64,000 bases of DNA from an uncultured Planktomarina sp. (GCA_951542345.1 CATOCM010000004.1:3111-67110); one strand, 5' to 3'. Shown: positions 20,593-30,148, numbered from the stretch's first letter. Program-made: numbers and translations. Notes: generated from the letters alone by a model not told the origin.

Positions 20593-21657
20593 ATGACACG
20601 CACAGTTGTTGAGTCCAAAACCAAAACTGCAATTATCGGTTTTGACGAGCCCTTTTGCGTTATCGGGGAGCGCATCAATCCAACCGGCCGCAAAATTCTT
20701 AACGCCGAGCTTGAGGCTGGAGATTTTTCTCGAGTTGAAGCAGATGCCATTGCACAAGCGGCAGCTGGCGCATCTATATTAGACATCAACTCCGGTGCCG
20801 TCTTTTCCAACAAAATGGCTGAAGATCCTCGATATGCAGATAATAATTTTGTCGAGCCGACCTTGATGCGAGAGTTAGTGCTGCGGGTACAAGCCGTAGT
20901 GGATACACCTTTGTGTATTGACAGCTCCGTCCCTGGTGCTTTGGAAAATGGTCTGGCCGCAGCAGAAGGTCGACCCTTACTTAATTCTGTGACTGGCGAG
21001 GAAGATCGGCTTGAGCTAGTTTTGCCTTTGGTGAAAAAATATAACGTACCTGTGGTCGCAATATCCAATGACGATACGGGAATTTCTGAAGATCCTGATG
21101 TGCGCTTTGCTGTAGCCAAAAAGATTGTCGAACGGGCTGCTGATTTTGGAATTCCTGCTCATGACATCGTGGTAGATCCCCTGGTTATGCCCGTGGGTGC
21201 AATGGGCACAGCTGGCTTGCAGGTTTACACCTTAGTGCGGCGCTTACGTGATGAGCTTGGTGTGAACACGACCTGCGGTGCTTCTAATATCTCATTTGGC
21301 CTGCCAAATCGGCATGGGATAAATAACGCCTTCCTCCCCATGGCCATAGCAGCCGGCATGACATCTGCAATCATGAACCCGGTGATGTTGCCTGTGAGTC
21401 AAAAGAAAATTGCCGCAAAGAAAGAGGTTATCTGTGCCGCGGGCATCATTTTACCTGAGGGCATGGACGATGAATCCTTCGTCACCCTATTTGGTATGGG
21501 CTCAACACTGTCAAAAGCTGGTAAAGAAATGGAAGCCATTCGCGCAGCCAACTTTTTGATGGCAAATGATCCAAGCGGTGGTGCCTGGATCAAATTCAAC
21601 AAAGTGCCAGGTGATGATGTAGGTGGGCGTGGTGGACGAAAACGCCGCCGAGGCTAA
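20593..21657 (+). CDS. Pterin-binding methyltetrahydrofolate:corrinoid methyltransferase domain protein (MetH pterin-module-like / MtrH-like)
   Basis: 354 aa. VIGERINPTGRK, LDINSG, CIDSS and GASNISFGLPNR are hallmarks of the pterin-binding (DHPS-like) barrel. No B12-binding or Hcy-binding domain is present. The C-terminus is an Arg-rich tail, GGRGGRKRRRG. Confidence 0.75.
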   Translation: MTRTVVESKTKTAIIGFDEPFCVIGERINPTGRKILNAELEAGDFSRVEADAIAQAAAGASILDINSGAVFSNKMAEDPRYADNNFVEPTLMRELVLRVQAVVDTPLCIDSSVPGALENGLAAAEGRPLLNSVTGEEDRLELVLPLVKKYNVPVVAISNDDTGISEDPDVRFAVAKKIVERAADFGIPAHDIVVDPLVMPVGAMGTAGLQVYTLVRRLRDELGVNTTCGASNISFGLPNRHGINNAFLPMAIAAGMTSAIMNPVMLPVSQKKIAAKKEVICAAGIILPEGMDDESFVTLFGMGSTLSKAGKEMEAIRAANFLMANDPSGGAWIKFNKVPGDDVGGRGGRKRRRG

Positions 21658-21666
21658 TAGAATAGA

Positions 21667-21701
21667 GTTAAAAAGCGCAGTTTATTACCGTGCCTTTTAA
21701 C
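21667..21701. terminator. Hairpin between convergent genes (possible bidirectional terminator)
   Basis: GTTAAAAAGC ... GCCTTTTAAC are imperfect inverted repeats between the stops at 21657 (+) and 21703 (-). Confidence 0.4.
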
Positions 21702-21702
21702 T

Positions 21703-22473
21703 TTATGAGTTGCGCGCGTTAGCAACTGTGGCTTTCAAAGCCGATTGCAGCATGATTACATCCGCCGCTACCCCTAAAAACTTTCCACCCTGCGCGATAA
21801 AGCGCTTTTGCTCATCATCCGCCAAACAAATCGTACCGGCGCAAAGGCCTGCCGCAGCAATATCTTTCATGCCTTGCGCAATCACTTCTAAAACCTCAGG
21901 ATGATTCAAATCGCCCAAGTGCCCCATATCGGCACTTAGATCTGCGGGGCCTATGAAAATGCAATCTACCCCTGGAACTTTAGAAATTTCCGGAATGTTA
22001 TGTATTGCAGCCAGTGTTTCTACCTGCACAATCACGCAAATTTGATCATTGGCAGTTTGTGCATAATCTGTAATCGCATTGTAACTACTCGCACGGGCCA
22101 ACGCGTACCCCACCCCTCGATTACCGTCCGGCGCATATTTGCAAGCCGCAACCACTTTAGCAGCTTGTTCTGCCGTCTCAACCATGGGTACCAAAATACT
22201 TTGCGCGCCAATATCTAAGACTTGTTTTAGAAGCCAATCCTCGCCTTGCGGCACGCGCACAATGGCACTGGCATTTACCGCTTGCAAAGCTCGCACCTGC
22301 GCCTCAATCAGCGGTAAATCATTGGGACCATGCTCACCATCAATCAAACACCAGTCAAAGCCTGCACCCCCAGCCATCTCAGCAATAGCGGGACTGGTGA
22401 GCGCCAACCAAATACCGATTTGCATTTCACCCGCCCAAACTGCAGATTTCAATTTGTTTACAGGTGCGGGCAT
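21703..22473 (-). CDS. HpcH/HpaI-family 2-keto-3-deoxy-acid aldolase
   Basis: 256 aa. WCLIDGEHGPND and VPMVETAEQA are typical of the HpcH/HpaI/YfaU class II aldolases. Confidence 0.82.
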   Translation of the reverse strand: MPAPVNKLKSAVWAGEMQIGIWLALTSPAIAEMAGGAGFDWCLIDGEHGPNDLPLIEAQVRALQAVNASAIVRVPQGEDWLLKQVLDIGAQSILVPMVETAEQAAKVVAACKYAPDGNRGVGYALARASSYNAITDYAQTANDQICVIVQVETLAAIHNIPEISKVPGVDCIFIGPADLSADMGHLGDLNHPEVLEVIAQGMKDIAAAGLCAGTICLADDEQKRFIAQGGKFLGVAADVIMLQSALKATVANARNS

Positions 22474-22629
22474 GACACAGTCCTCTTTAAATTAGCCATA
22501 AATCAGTCATAGAATAGACACAATTACAAGCCTTTTCAGAACTATCCTCCTCTACGCCCTTGCAAGAATTACCTAACATCAAGTATGAAACTAAATGAAA
22601 TACTATTAAGTTGGACTAAGGAAATGGGC

Positions 22630-23583
22630 ATGCAATATTTGATCGCGGACGTGGGTGGCACTAACACCCGCGTGGCGCTAGCCCATGAAGGGGTATTGCA
22701 GATTGACAGCATACAACGCTACCGCAATGCTGATCAATTTGGTGTTGCAGAAATTTTAATAGACTACCTACACACTCATGCCGCCGGAACGCACCCCTCA
22801 GCTGTTTGTATTGATGTAGCGGGACCTGTGGGCGAAGCTCAGGGCCAGCTAACCAATCTGGATTGGACTGTAACCACAGATCAACTATGTAAAGTGTCAG
22901 GAGCACAGCGTGGCGCCATTATCAACGACATGCAGGCCCAAGGTTTGGCCCTGTCGCATTTGCCCGCTGAGGCATTCCGTAGTGTGATCAAAGGTACGGC
23001 CCAGAGTGGTAACCGCATCGTGGTCAATGTGGGTACTGGGTTCAATTCTGCCGTAGTTTTGGGTGATGGGCCAAAACTCACCGTTCCAGGCAGTGAGACG
23101 GGGCATGTAAACCTCCCCGTGCCCAGCCCTGAGATATTTGAATTGCACCAATACCTTGCAGGCCGTTTTGGGTTTGCTTCTGCGGAGGAAGTACTGTCTG
23201 GTCGTGGATTGAGCCATGTGTATGCCTTTCTGGCAAAGCATAGCGCCTCAGAGGCTCTGCCCAGCTCACAACATATCATAGAAAATTTGGACAATGATCC
23301 GCTTGCGGTCAAATCTATAGCTATATTATTAGAGGTATTTGGCTGCGTATGCGGCAATCTTGCCCTCACACACCTACCCTTTGGCGGTATTTATTTAGTT
23401 GGTGGCGTGGCACAGGCACTGGCAGATCACTATCCAGACAGCCCATTCCACAGCGCATTTGCCGCAAAAGGACGATTTTCAGAATTTATGAGCCAGTTCT
23501 CAGTACATTTAGTGCAAGATGACCATGCGGCCCTTGCGGGATGTATCGCTCATCTGCAACTCTATGAGAGTGACACTTACTAA
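22630..23583 (+). CDS. glk: Glucokinase
   Basis: MQYLIADVGGTNTRVAL N-terminus; AAGGA lies 8 nt upstream of the ATG at 22630 (the ORF-track start is 22585). Confidence 0.85.
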   Translation: MQYLIADVGGTNTRVALAHEGVLQIDSIQRYRNADQFGVAEILIDYLHTHAAGTHPSAVCIDVAGPVGEAQGQLTNLDWTVTTDQLCKVSGAQRGAIINDMQAQGLALSHLPAEAFRSVIKGTAQSGNRIVVNVGTGFNSAVVLGDGPKLTVPGSETGHVNLPVPSPEIFELHQYLAGRFGFASAEEVLSGRGLSHVYAFLAKHSASEALPSSQHIIENLDNDPLAVKSIAILLEVFGCVCGNLALTHLPFGGIYLVGGVAQALADHYPDSPFHSAFAAKGRFSEFMSQFSVHLVQDDHAALAGCIAHLQLYESDTY

Positions 23584-23589
23584 TTTTTA

Positions 23590-24758
23590 AAATAAGCTAT
23601 CTCGGCAACATTCTCTAGATCACCAACGCCTGCGCAAACCACCGGTAAGTACAACTCTAGAAAAAGTACTAGGCCATCTTAACTTTGTGCAAGTCGATAG
23701 TATCAACACCATGGCGCAGGCCCATGACCTAGTTCTAAGGTCACGCCAACAATCCTACCAGCCCTTTGATTTGCGCAAAATGGTTGATCACGAACGCAGC
23801 GCTTTTGAAGGCTGGACCCATGACGCCTTAATCCTGCCCATAGAGGCCTTCCCCCATTGGCTTAATAAATTCACACGCGACGCTGTACTACTTCAACAGC
23901 ATTGGAAAACTTGGCATCGGGGAGATTTTCTAGCACAAACGCAGACTATTTGGACCAAACTGCCAGCCAAGGGCCCTTGGGCTCACGCGATGTTGGCACG
24001 CAAAAAAACGCAGCAACGGCGGTTGGTGGGATTGGCATCTCTCCAAAGCCGCACTTGAATATCTTTGGCGCACTGGCCACATTGCCGTGACCCGTAGGGA
24101 TGGGTTTAGCAAAGTTTATGATTTGATCCAAAACGTGATCCCTGCCACGTATTTCCAATATCGCCCATCCGCTGCTGACAGCACCGATTGGGCTTGCCAC
24201 TTAGCTTTACGGACTCTGGACTTCGCCACTCCAAAATAAATCGAAGAATTTTATGATTTTGTTAACCTTGCAGAAGTGGGCCAGTAGCTGGAACTAAAGC
24301 AGGCTCAGGGTGAAATCCACTGGATAAATATCGAGGGCGCAGATGATACACAACGACCACAGTTAATCTTTGCTGAAAACTGGAGAAAACTAAAAACTCC
24401 GTTGCAATTCACCCAGCAGGGGCGCACTCTAAGTCCCTTTGATCCAGCCCTCGGGAACCGGCAGCGCGCACAAGATTTGTTTGGCTTCTCATACAGAATT
24501 AAAATATTTATTCCTGCCAGTAAGCGTGTCTACGGCTGCTATGTGTTTCCAATGTTGGAAGACGATAAACTAATTCGCCGAATTGAAGTCAAGGCAAATA
24601 GAACAAAGAAAAATTTAGATTTACTGGTTATCTGGCCCGAAGTCAGAACCCACCTCACCCCGGCAGGAAAAGCTCGCATTCCGGGAGAATTATTCCGAGT
24701 ATGCGGCTTGGCAGTCTGTGAAAGATTAAGTGGTCTTGAGGTTTTGACAAACGCGTAA
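23590..24758 (+). pseudogene. ycaQ: Decayed ycaQ-family gene (winged-helix DNA glycosylase, DUF1006)
   Basis: YcaQ-like segments lie in three frames. LEKVLGHLNFVQVDSINTMAQAHDLVLRSR is in frame 2 and GPLGSRD in frame 1. GGWWDWHLSKAALEYLWRTGHIAVTRRDGFSKVYDL and RVYGCYVFPMLEDDKLIRRIEVKANR are in frame 0. In-frame stops occur at TAA 24237 and TAG 24285, and no start codon remains for the N-terminus. Confidence 0.8.
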
Positions 24759-24762
24759 TCGG

Positions 24763-27700
24763 CTAGATATCCAGTTTTAACACAGTATTTTTGTGAAAGG
24801 CTCGGCTCTGGCACAGGATCATAGTAGTTTCGCGTTGCGCGGCAGATAAAACAAAATCTCGGTGCTCTACCACACCAGAAATTAATGTGCATTTACACAC
24901 ACCACAGAGACCATCAGAACATTTCACGTCCACAGAGATACCCGCCGCAATGAGCGCGTCACTAGCCGACTGATCTACGCTCACAGAAACTTTTTGGCCA
25001 TCGTTTAGCTCAATCTCAAATGGAAAGTTTACCCAATCAGGCATATCCGGAACCGCAAAAAACTCCGCATGCAGCGCTATATCAGGATAACCCATGAAAC
25101 GGGCTTGATCTAGAATAGATGTCATATAGGCATTCGGTCCACAAACATAGATATGAATACCAGCCTCATAAGGCGGAACAACTGAAGTAATATCGAGACG
25201 GCTGCCTTGATCTGAGTAATGTTTGCTGCATTTTTTGGCCCAAGGCTGCCCCTCAAAATCACTGTCAAAAGCAGCTGATGCTTGCGTGCTGGCGGAATAC
25301 ATCAGCTTAAAATGACGTCCCGCGCTATCCAGTTCATGGGCAAAAGCAATCATCGGCGTGACACCAATTCCCCCACCAAACAACAAGGATAGACTTGCAG
25401 AGGCCTCCAGTGCAAAATGGTTGATTGGTTTGGAAACAAACACCCGCCGGCCCTCCTCAAAGATCCGTTGCATCAGCTTTGAGCCACCACGGCCCTCAGG
25501 CTCCAAGAGTACGGCAATTTCATAGCAGCTGCGATCTGAAGGATTCCCACACATAGAATATTGACGCAGGAATTCTGGGGCCACAACGATGTCCAAATGT
25601 GCCCCTGCTGTCCAAAGTGGCAAATCCGCACCATCTACGGCTACCAATCTATATTTCATAACAGCTCCAACACTTTGAGTGACTTGGTCCACAATCATCT
25701 GAATGACCGGCGCCTCCTGATCGTTTTGGTACAGATGTAAGTGATCGCGGGCGCCACTGGCAGATTTAACTTGGTAGGCCTCTGCGGTAATCATCGCTTG
25801 ATAGGCCTCAATTCCCGCCTCACGATCCATGAGTGCCGGATAGGGATAAGGATGTGGTGCCAAGGGAGCTGGATAGACTGCCAAGGTTTGGTCGGCATAT
25901 TTAAGGTCCAGGTCCTTCTGAAGTGCACGCGCATTTACCATATGTGGGCTTGGGGCATAGGATCCCTGCTCAGTTAGCTCCAGATCCCACCACCATTTTT
26001 TTACAGTGTTCAACTCACCGTGACCGGCCATATCATCCAGCTTGGCCAAAACTGGAGCCATCTGCGGTACATTCATCGCGGCCCAACGAAAAGGCGCTTC
26101 AGAAAATAACCCTTCTAGGTTCCACGGGCAGGTCTTCATGCAACGGCCACACATGGCCCCACCAAGAGTATTGATCCGATAAGTAGCACATTTTTGACTA
26201 TCAGACTTCCAAATTTCATAGCCATTAAACATAAGTTTTGGCCCAGCTGTTATAGCACCAGACGGGCATTCACGCGCACATTTATTGCAGCTGTCACAGA
26301 ATTTTTGCAAACCAAAATCAATCGGATTATCATGCGCCACAGGCAATGATGTGGTAACCGCACCTGACTTCAACCGTGGCCCTAGGAACGGGTTCAAGAT
26401 CACCTCACCAATCCGGCTTACCTCCCCAAGACCCGACAGTAGAAGCAAGGGAGGTTGTAGCACCTCGCCATCCATTACCGTGTGAGCCTTGGCAGAATAG
26501 CCCATATTGCGGATATGCTGGGCCAAAATACCACCCAACAGAGAAAACCGCAGGTAGGCCCGCATGGATTGCGCAACGCTGATCCAATCATCGCCCGAAG
26601 CGCCCTCCATAGTCTCAAAACCCTGATCCACAATCATGCTAATCGCATGGTCGTGGGGCGGGATAATTGGTGTGCCGTAGGCATCATGAGAGTACCAGCT
26701 CCAAGCAGGGCATCGCGACAGGCCCGCGGCATCAATGCCGAGAAAGTAACTCGCACCCTTTATATTTTTGGCTGCAATCTCTGGGGAAATTAATTTGACC
26801 TCTTTGGCGGGTTCACCGTCTTGCAAAAGTACAAACGCTCCCAATAGTCGACGTTGCGCAGTGCTAGGAGCAGCTTTACGCACGTAGTGACCTCCGGTAG
26901 CACCTTTTTGCACCTGCGGGCCCATATCTCCAAACTGTGCACGTGCAAACATATCTGTACGTTTAGGCACCCGCGCAATATTGGGCTCGTCCATATAGGT
27001 GGTTGGTGTTTCCACCCGTTTGAGTGTCTCAAAAGGATGAGCACCACTAACATAATCCCGCTTAAAATAAGGATCATGATTGCTCCGGCAGGCACCACCA
27101 TGCCGCCCCAAGACCCATTCCATACAGTTCAGGGCGGATTTTGGTTGCTTAGCGGCCAAAGGCTTATCAAAAGCCAAAGGCATATCGGTCGTCACAGCAG
27201 CCAAGCCAAAACGGCGGCCCAGCCAAGGATGAACTATCTGATCACCCTCGACCTGTGTTAAGCCCGCCTTTACTGCCAACCGCGAAAGCTCCACATCAGT
27301 AGTAGTGGCACTATGCGCACGCGCGCTAAAGCCTAAGACCCGAAGGTAGTTGGCCAGTACTGTTGCCGTCTCTGCACCCAAGATTGCAGCCCGTTCGGCC
27401 TGCCCGTCTTGCACCCAATCACAGCCAGCCTCATCACGCCTCGGGTCGCGGCGATAGTCTACTAAAAATACTAAAGCCCCAGTGTGATGCGTGATAGACT
27501 CTGGTTTTGCGGCCATACTTTCCTTGAGATCAGCCATGATAAGATCAATGCCCGCCGCTAAGGTTTTAGTCTGCCGGGTACTTAAGGCATATGCCAAACG
27601 TTTAACGTCTGGATTCAGGCGGGGAATTGCGAGGTGGTCATCTGTAGCCAATGCCGTAAGACCCACCATGGCTATGTCATTAAAATAGGCGAATGCCTTA

Positions 27701-27963
27701 AGATGATTGGATCGCTCTTGTAAATCTGTTGGGATGTCTGAGGCAACAGAGTTTGCGTTGCCATCCCGCACCGCATCCATCATGGCCTGAAATTCCGCCA
27801 TAGCGGGTACAATACTGGCACTCCCAGCAGGGCGTTGAAAACTCAACATGGGCCAAGGAGCAATGGCGGACAAATCTGAGCACTTCGAGGCACGTTTCAA
27901 GCGCTCTGTTGGAAAGCGTCCCATATGGATGGGACGGTTGCGATCTGAAAATAGCTTACTCAT
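24763..27963 (-). CDS. rdhA: Self-sufficient (non-respiratory) reductive dehalogenase: RdhA domain fused to a PDR-like FMN/NAD(P)H/[2Fe-2S] reductase
   Basis: 1066 aa from the ATG at 27963, which overlaps the xdhC stop as ATGA. The RdhA part has two 4Fe-4S motifs, CDSCNKCARECP (~26290) and CGRCMKTCPW (~26130), and a duplicated nitroreductase-like repeat as in NpRdhA-type enzymes. There is no twin-arginine signal. The C-terminal part has RQYS, GGGIGVTPM and the plant-type 2Fe-2S motif CSDGLCGVC...C. Confidence 0.8.
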   Translation of the reverse strand: MSKLFSDRNRPIHMGRFPTERLKRASKCSDLSAIAPWPMLSFQRPAGSASIVPAMAEFQAMMDAVRDGNANSVASDIPTDLQERSNHLKAFAYFNDIAMVGLTALATDDHLAIPRLNPDVKRLAYALSTRQTKTLAAGIDLIMADLKESMAAKPESITHHTGALVFLVDYRRDPRRDEAGCDWVQDGQAERAAILGAETATVLANYLRVLGFSARAHSATTTDVELSRLAVKAGLTQVEGDQIVHPWLGRRFGLAAVTTDMPLAFDKPLAAKQPKSALNCMEWVLGRHGGACRSNHDPYFKRDYVSGAHPFETLKRVETPTTYMDEPNIARVPKRTDMFARAQFGDMGPQVQKGATGGHYVRKAAPSTAQRRLLGAFVLLQDGEPAKEVKLISPEIAAKNIKGASYFLGIDAAGLSRCPAWSWYSHDAYGTPIIPPHDHAISMIVDQGFETMEGASGDDWISVAQSMRAYLRFSLLGGILAQHIRNMGYSAKAHTVMDGEVLQPPLLLLSGLGEVSRIGEVILNPFLGPRLKSGAVTTSLPVAHDNPIDFGLQKFCDSCNKCARECPSGAITAGPKLMFNGYEIWKSDSQKCATYRINTLGGAMCGRCMKTCPWNLEGLFSEAPFRWAAMNVPQMAPVLAKLDDMAGHGELNTVKKWWWDLELTEQGSYAPSPHMVNARALQKDLDLKYADQTLAVYPAPLAPHPYPYPALMDREAGIEAYQAMITAEAYQVKSASGARDHLHLYQNDQEAPVIQMIVDQVTQSVGAVMKYRLVAVDGADLPLWTAGAHLDIVVAPEFLRQYSMCGNPSDRSCYEIAVLLEPEGRGGSKLMQRIFEEGRRVFVSKPINHFALEASASLSLLFGGGIGVTPMIAFAHELDSAGRHFKLMYSASTQASAAFDSDFEGQPWAKKCSKHYSDQGSRLDITSVVPPYEAGIHIYVCGPNAYMTSILDQARFMGYPDIALHAEFFAVPDMPDWVNFPFEIELNDGQKVSVSVDQSASDALIAAGISVDVKCSDGLCGVCKCTLISGVVEHRDFVLSAAQRETTMILCQSRAFHKNTVLKLDI

Positions 27964-28931
27964 GTGGCTTTTTGTCTTAGGCACTGGGTAATTTCCGCAA
28001 GAATGGAAACAGCAATTTCCGCCGGAGATTTACTGCCAATGGATAGTCCAACGGGACCTTGAATGCGGTCGAATTGTGCAGGAAGCACTCCCAATTCCAA
28101 CATTGATGTACGACGTTTGGCATGTGTGCGCGTCGAACCCAATGCACCTATATAAAACGCCTCGGTAGCCAAAACAGCTTGCAGGGATGGCGTATCCATT
28201 TTCGGATCATGGGTTAATGTCACGAGAGCTGTACGATTGTCTATGATTAAGTCTGCTAAAGCATCCTCAGGCCAATCAACGATAAGCTCTTGGTTCAAAA
28301 ACCTCTGCGGGCTAGCGAACGACTCACGTGGATCAATAATAGTAACATGATAGCCAGCCATTTGTGCCATGGGAGCCAGAAATTGAGCAATATGAACAGC
28401 GCCAATTAGCACCAATCGCAGTGGTGGGTTTTGAATATGCGTATAAATTTTCCGCTCAACACCACCCGAACCAGAAAATTCGTATGGATGGCTCTGAGGC
28501 GTGAGCACTGCTCGCTCCCAAGTATCTAAATTGACCCGTAGGCCTATAGCTTGACGTGCAGCATCCGCACGCTCCAAATTTTCCAACAAGGAAGGCGCAA
28601 TGCCCTGACCTATACCCACTGGCTCAACCATGATCCTTATGGTACCGCCACAAGCCAATCCAACGGCGAAAGCGTCGGCATCATTCACACCGTACTCCAA
28701 TAGCCTACAAGTACCATTAGCCAAGGTTTCCAAAGCTTCCAAAACCACAGCGCCCTCAACGCAGCCTCCAGAAACTGAGCCATGAAAAGATCCATCCTCA
28801 CAAACAACCAATTGCGCACCCACTGGACGGGGCGACGAGCCCCATGTACCCAACACAGTCGCTAAAGCCACTTTTTGGCCCCCTTTGTGAAATGCAGCAG
28901 CCAAGCCGCCCATATGCTTTGAAACAATCAT
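27960..28931 (-). CDS. xdhC: XdhC/CoxI-family molybdenum-cofactor insertion accessory protein
   Basis: 323 aa. It has an N-terminal XdhC_CoxI-like region (GSVSGGCVEGAV) and a C-terminal Rossmann-like region (LVLIGAVHIAQFLAPMAQMAGYHVTIIDPR). Confidence 0.85.
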   Translation of the reverse strand: MIVSKHMGGLAAAFHKGGQKVALATVLGTWGSSPRPVGAQLVVCEDGSFHGSVSGGCVEGAVVLEALETLANGTCRLLEYGVNDADAFAVGLACGGTIRIMVEPVGIGQGIAPSLLENLERADAARQAIGLRVNLDTWERAVLTPQSHPYEFSGSGGVERKIYTHIQNPPLRLVLIGAVHIAQFLAPMAQMAGYHVTIIDPRESFASPQRFLNQELIVDWPEDALADLIIDNRTALVTLTHDPKMDTPSLQAVLATEAFYIGALGSTRTHAKRRTSMLELGVLPAQFDRIQGPVGLSIGSKSPAEIAVSILAEITQCLRQKAT

Positions 28932-30148
28932 TTTAGCATTCCAATCAATCGTTTCTTGTGATCCGCATGCAAACCATTTTTCAAACTATCAGATAATTCT
29001 TGCAGACTGTCCAGATTATGACAGGCTACGAAGGACGATACATAGGGGAGCATGGCGCGAATGCCGGCCGCTTGTGGGGAAAACTGCCCCCACCGCAGTA
29101 GTGGATTGAGCCATATCAACTCACGAGTTTGTAGTGCCATCCGTGCCATTTCACTCTCCAGTTTTGCGATACCCTCACGCTCCAGCCCATCCGTAATCAG
29201 CAGCACTACTGAAGGGGTCGACAGTACACGTCGCGCCCAGTGCCTGTTGAAGTCTCCAAGACTACTGGCAATCCGAGTACCGCCTTCCCAGTCACGCACG
29301 TGGCTGCCAATGGCCCTTAGCGCTGCGTCTGGGTCTTTGATCGTCAGCAAGGGCGAGATATTGTGCAACCGTGTACCAAAAGTGAAACCATGCACCGTCG
29401 CCCATGATTGTCCCTGAACCTGCGCCACAGAATGCACAAAATGCATCATCATTCTGCTATAACTTGTCATTGAACCTGATATGTCGCAAAGTACCACAAG
29501 GTTAAGCCTTCGGGGTTTGGCGCGGCGTTTGGGAAGATGTATCATTTCACCGCCACTTCGGCGCGCACTTTGCAAAGCCCTACGACGATCAATTTGTACT
29601 GCATTTGCGGCCAAGCCATGCCGCCGTCCCGGTACTTTAGGTAAATTCAGTCCCATGGTTCGAATTGCGATTTCAGCCGCACAGATTTCGGCTGCAGTCA
29701 TGGCATCAAAATCTTTCTCCGACAGTTTTTCCACGTCAGAATGCGAAAACTGCGCATCAATTTCTAATTGTTCTTGTTGTGGTGCACAGCGCGGCTTGCC
29801 CCCCCCAGAAGCCATTGCTTCAGCTGCTCGGGTTTGAGCAGGCTCCATCGAGCTATCCACTGGCGGTGCTGTTATCACGGGCAAAAGATTGGTAATCATA
29901 TTTTCTAAAAATTCAGGGTCACGCCAAAACATGGCAAAAACCTGATCAAATACCAACAAATGATCAGCCCGAGAAACAATCATTGCACGTAGAGTGGTAT
30001 GAAAATCTAGGCGATTAGTAAACCCCACCGCCGCGACCGCCCGCAGAGCTTCAAGGATTTGCGCGGTACCCACCGGCACCCCCGCCCGCCTCAAAGCGCG
30101 AGAAAAATAGACAATGTTATCCGGTAGTGTTCCGGCAGCTGAAGTCAT
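28928..30148 (-). CDS. coxE: VWA-domain protein, CoxE-like
   Basis: 406 aa. The MIDAS motif is in LVVLCDISGSM. The gene has ATGA overlaps with both neighbours. Confidence 0.85.
   Translation of the reverse strand: MTSAAGTLPDNIVYFSRALRRAGVPVGTAQILEALRAVAAVGFTNRLDFHTTLRAMIVSRADHLLVFDQVFAMFWRDPEFLENMITNLLPVITAPPVDSSMEPAQTRAAEAMASGGGKPRCAPQQEQLEIDAQFSHSDVEKLSEKDFDAMTAAEICAAEIAIRTMGLNLPKVPGRRHGLAANAVQIDRRRALQSARRSGGEMIHLPKRRAKPRRLNLVVLCDISGSMTSYSRMMMHFVHSVAQVQGQSWATVHGFTFGTRLHNISPLLTIKDPDAALRAIGSHVRDWEGGTRIASSLGDFNRHWARRVLSTPSVVLLITDGLEREGIAKLESEMARMALQTRELIWLNPLLRWGQFSPQAAGIRAMLPYVSSFVACHNLDSLQELSDSLKNGLHADHKKRLIGMLK

Noticed and set aside
20577-21119. 180-aa minus-strand ORF
   Set aside because: It is antisense to the pterin-binding methyltransferase gene. 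The peptide is rich in Ser, Thr and Ala with no motifs. It is a shadow ORF.
24763-27984. Respiratory (organohalide-respiration) reductive dehalogenase
   Set aside because: There is no twin-arginine signal at the N-terminus and no small hydrophobic rdhB anchor gene adjacent. The fused NAD(P)H reductase points to a cytoplasmic catabolic enzyme.
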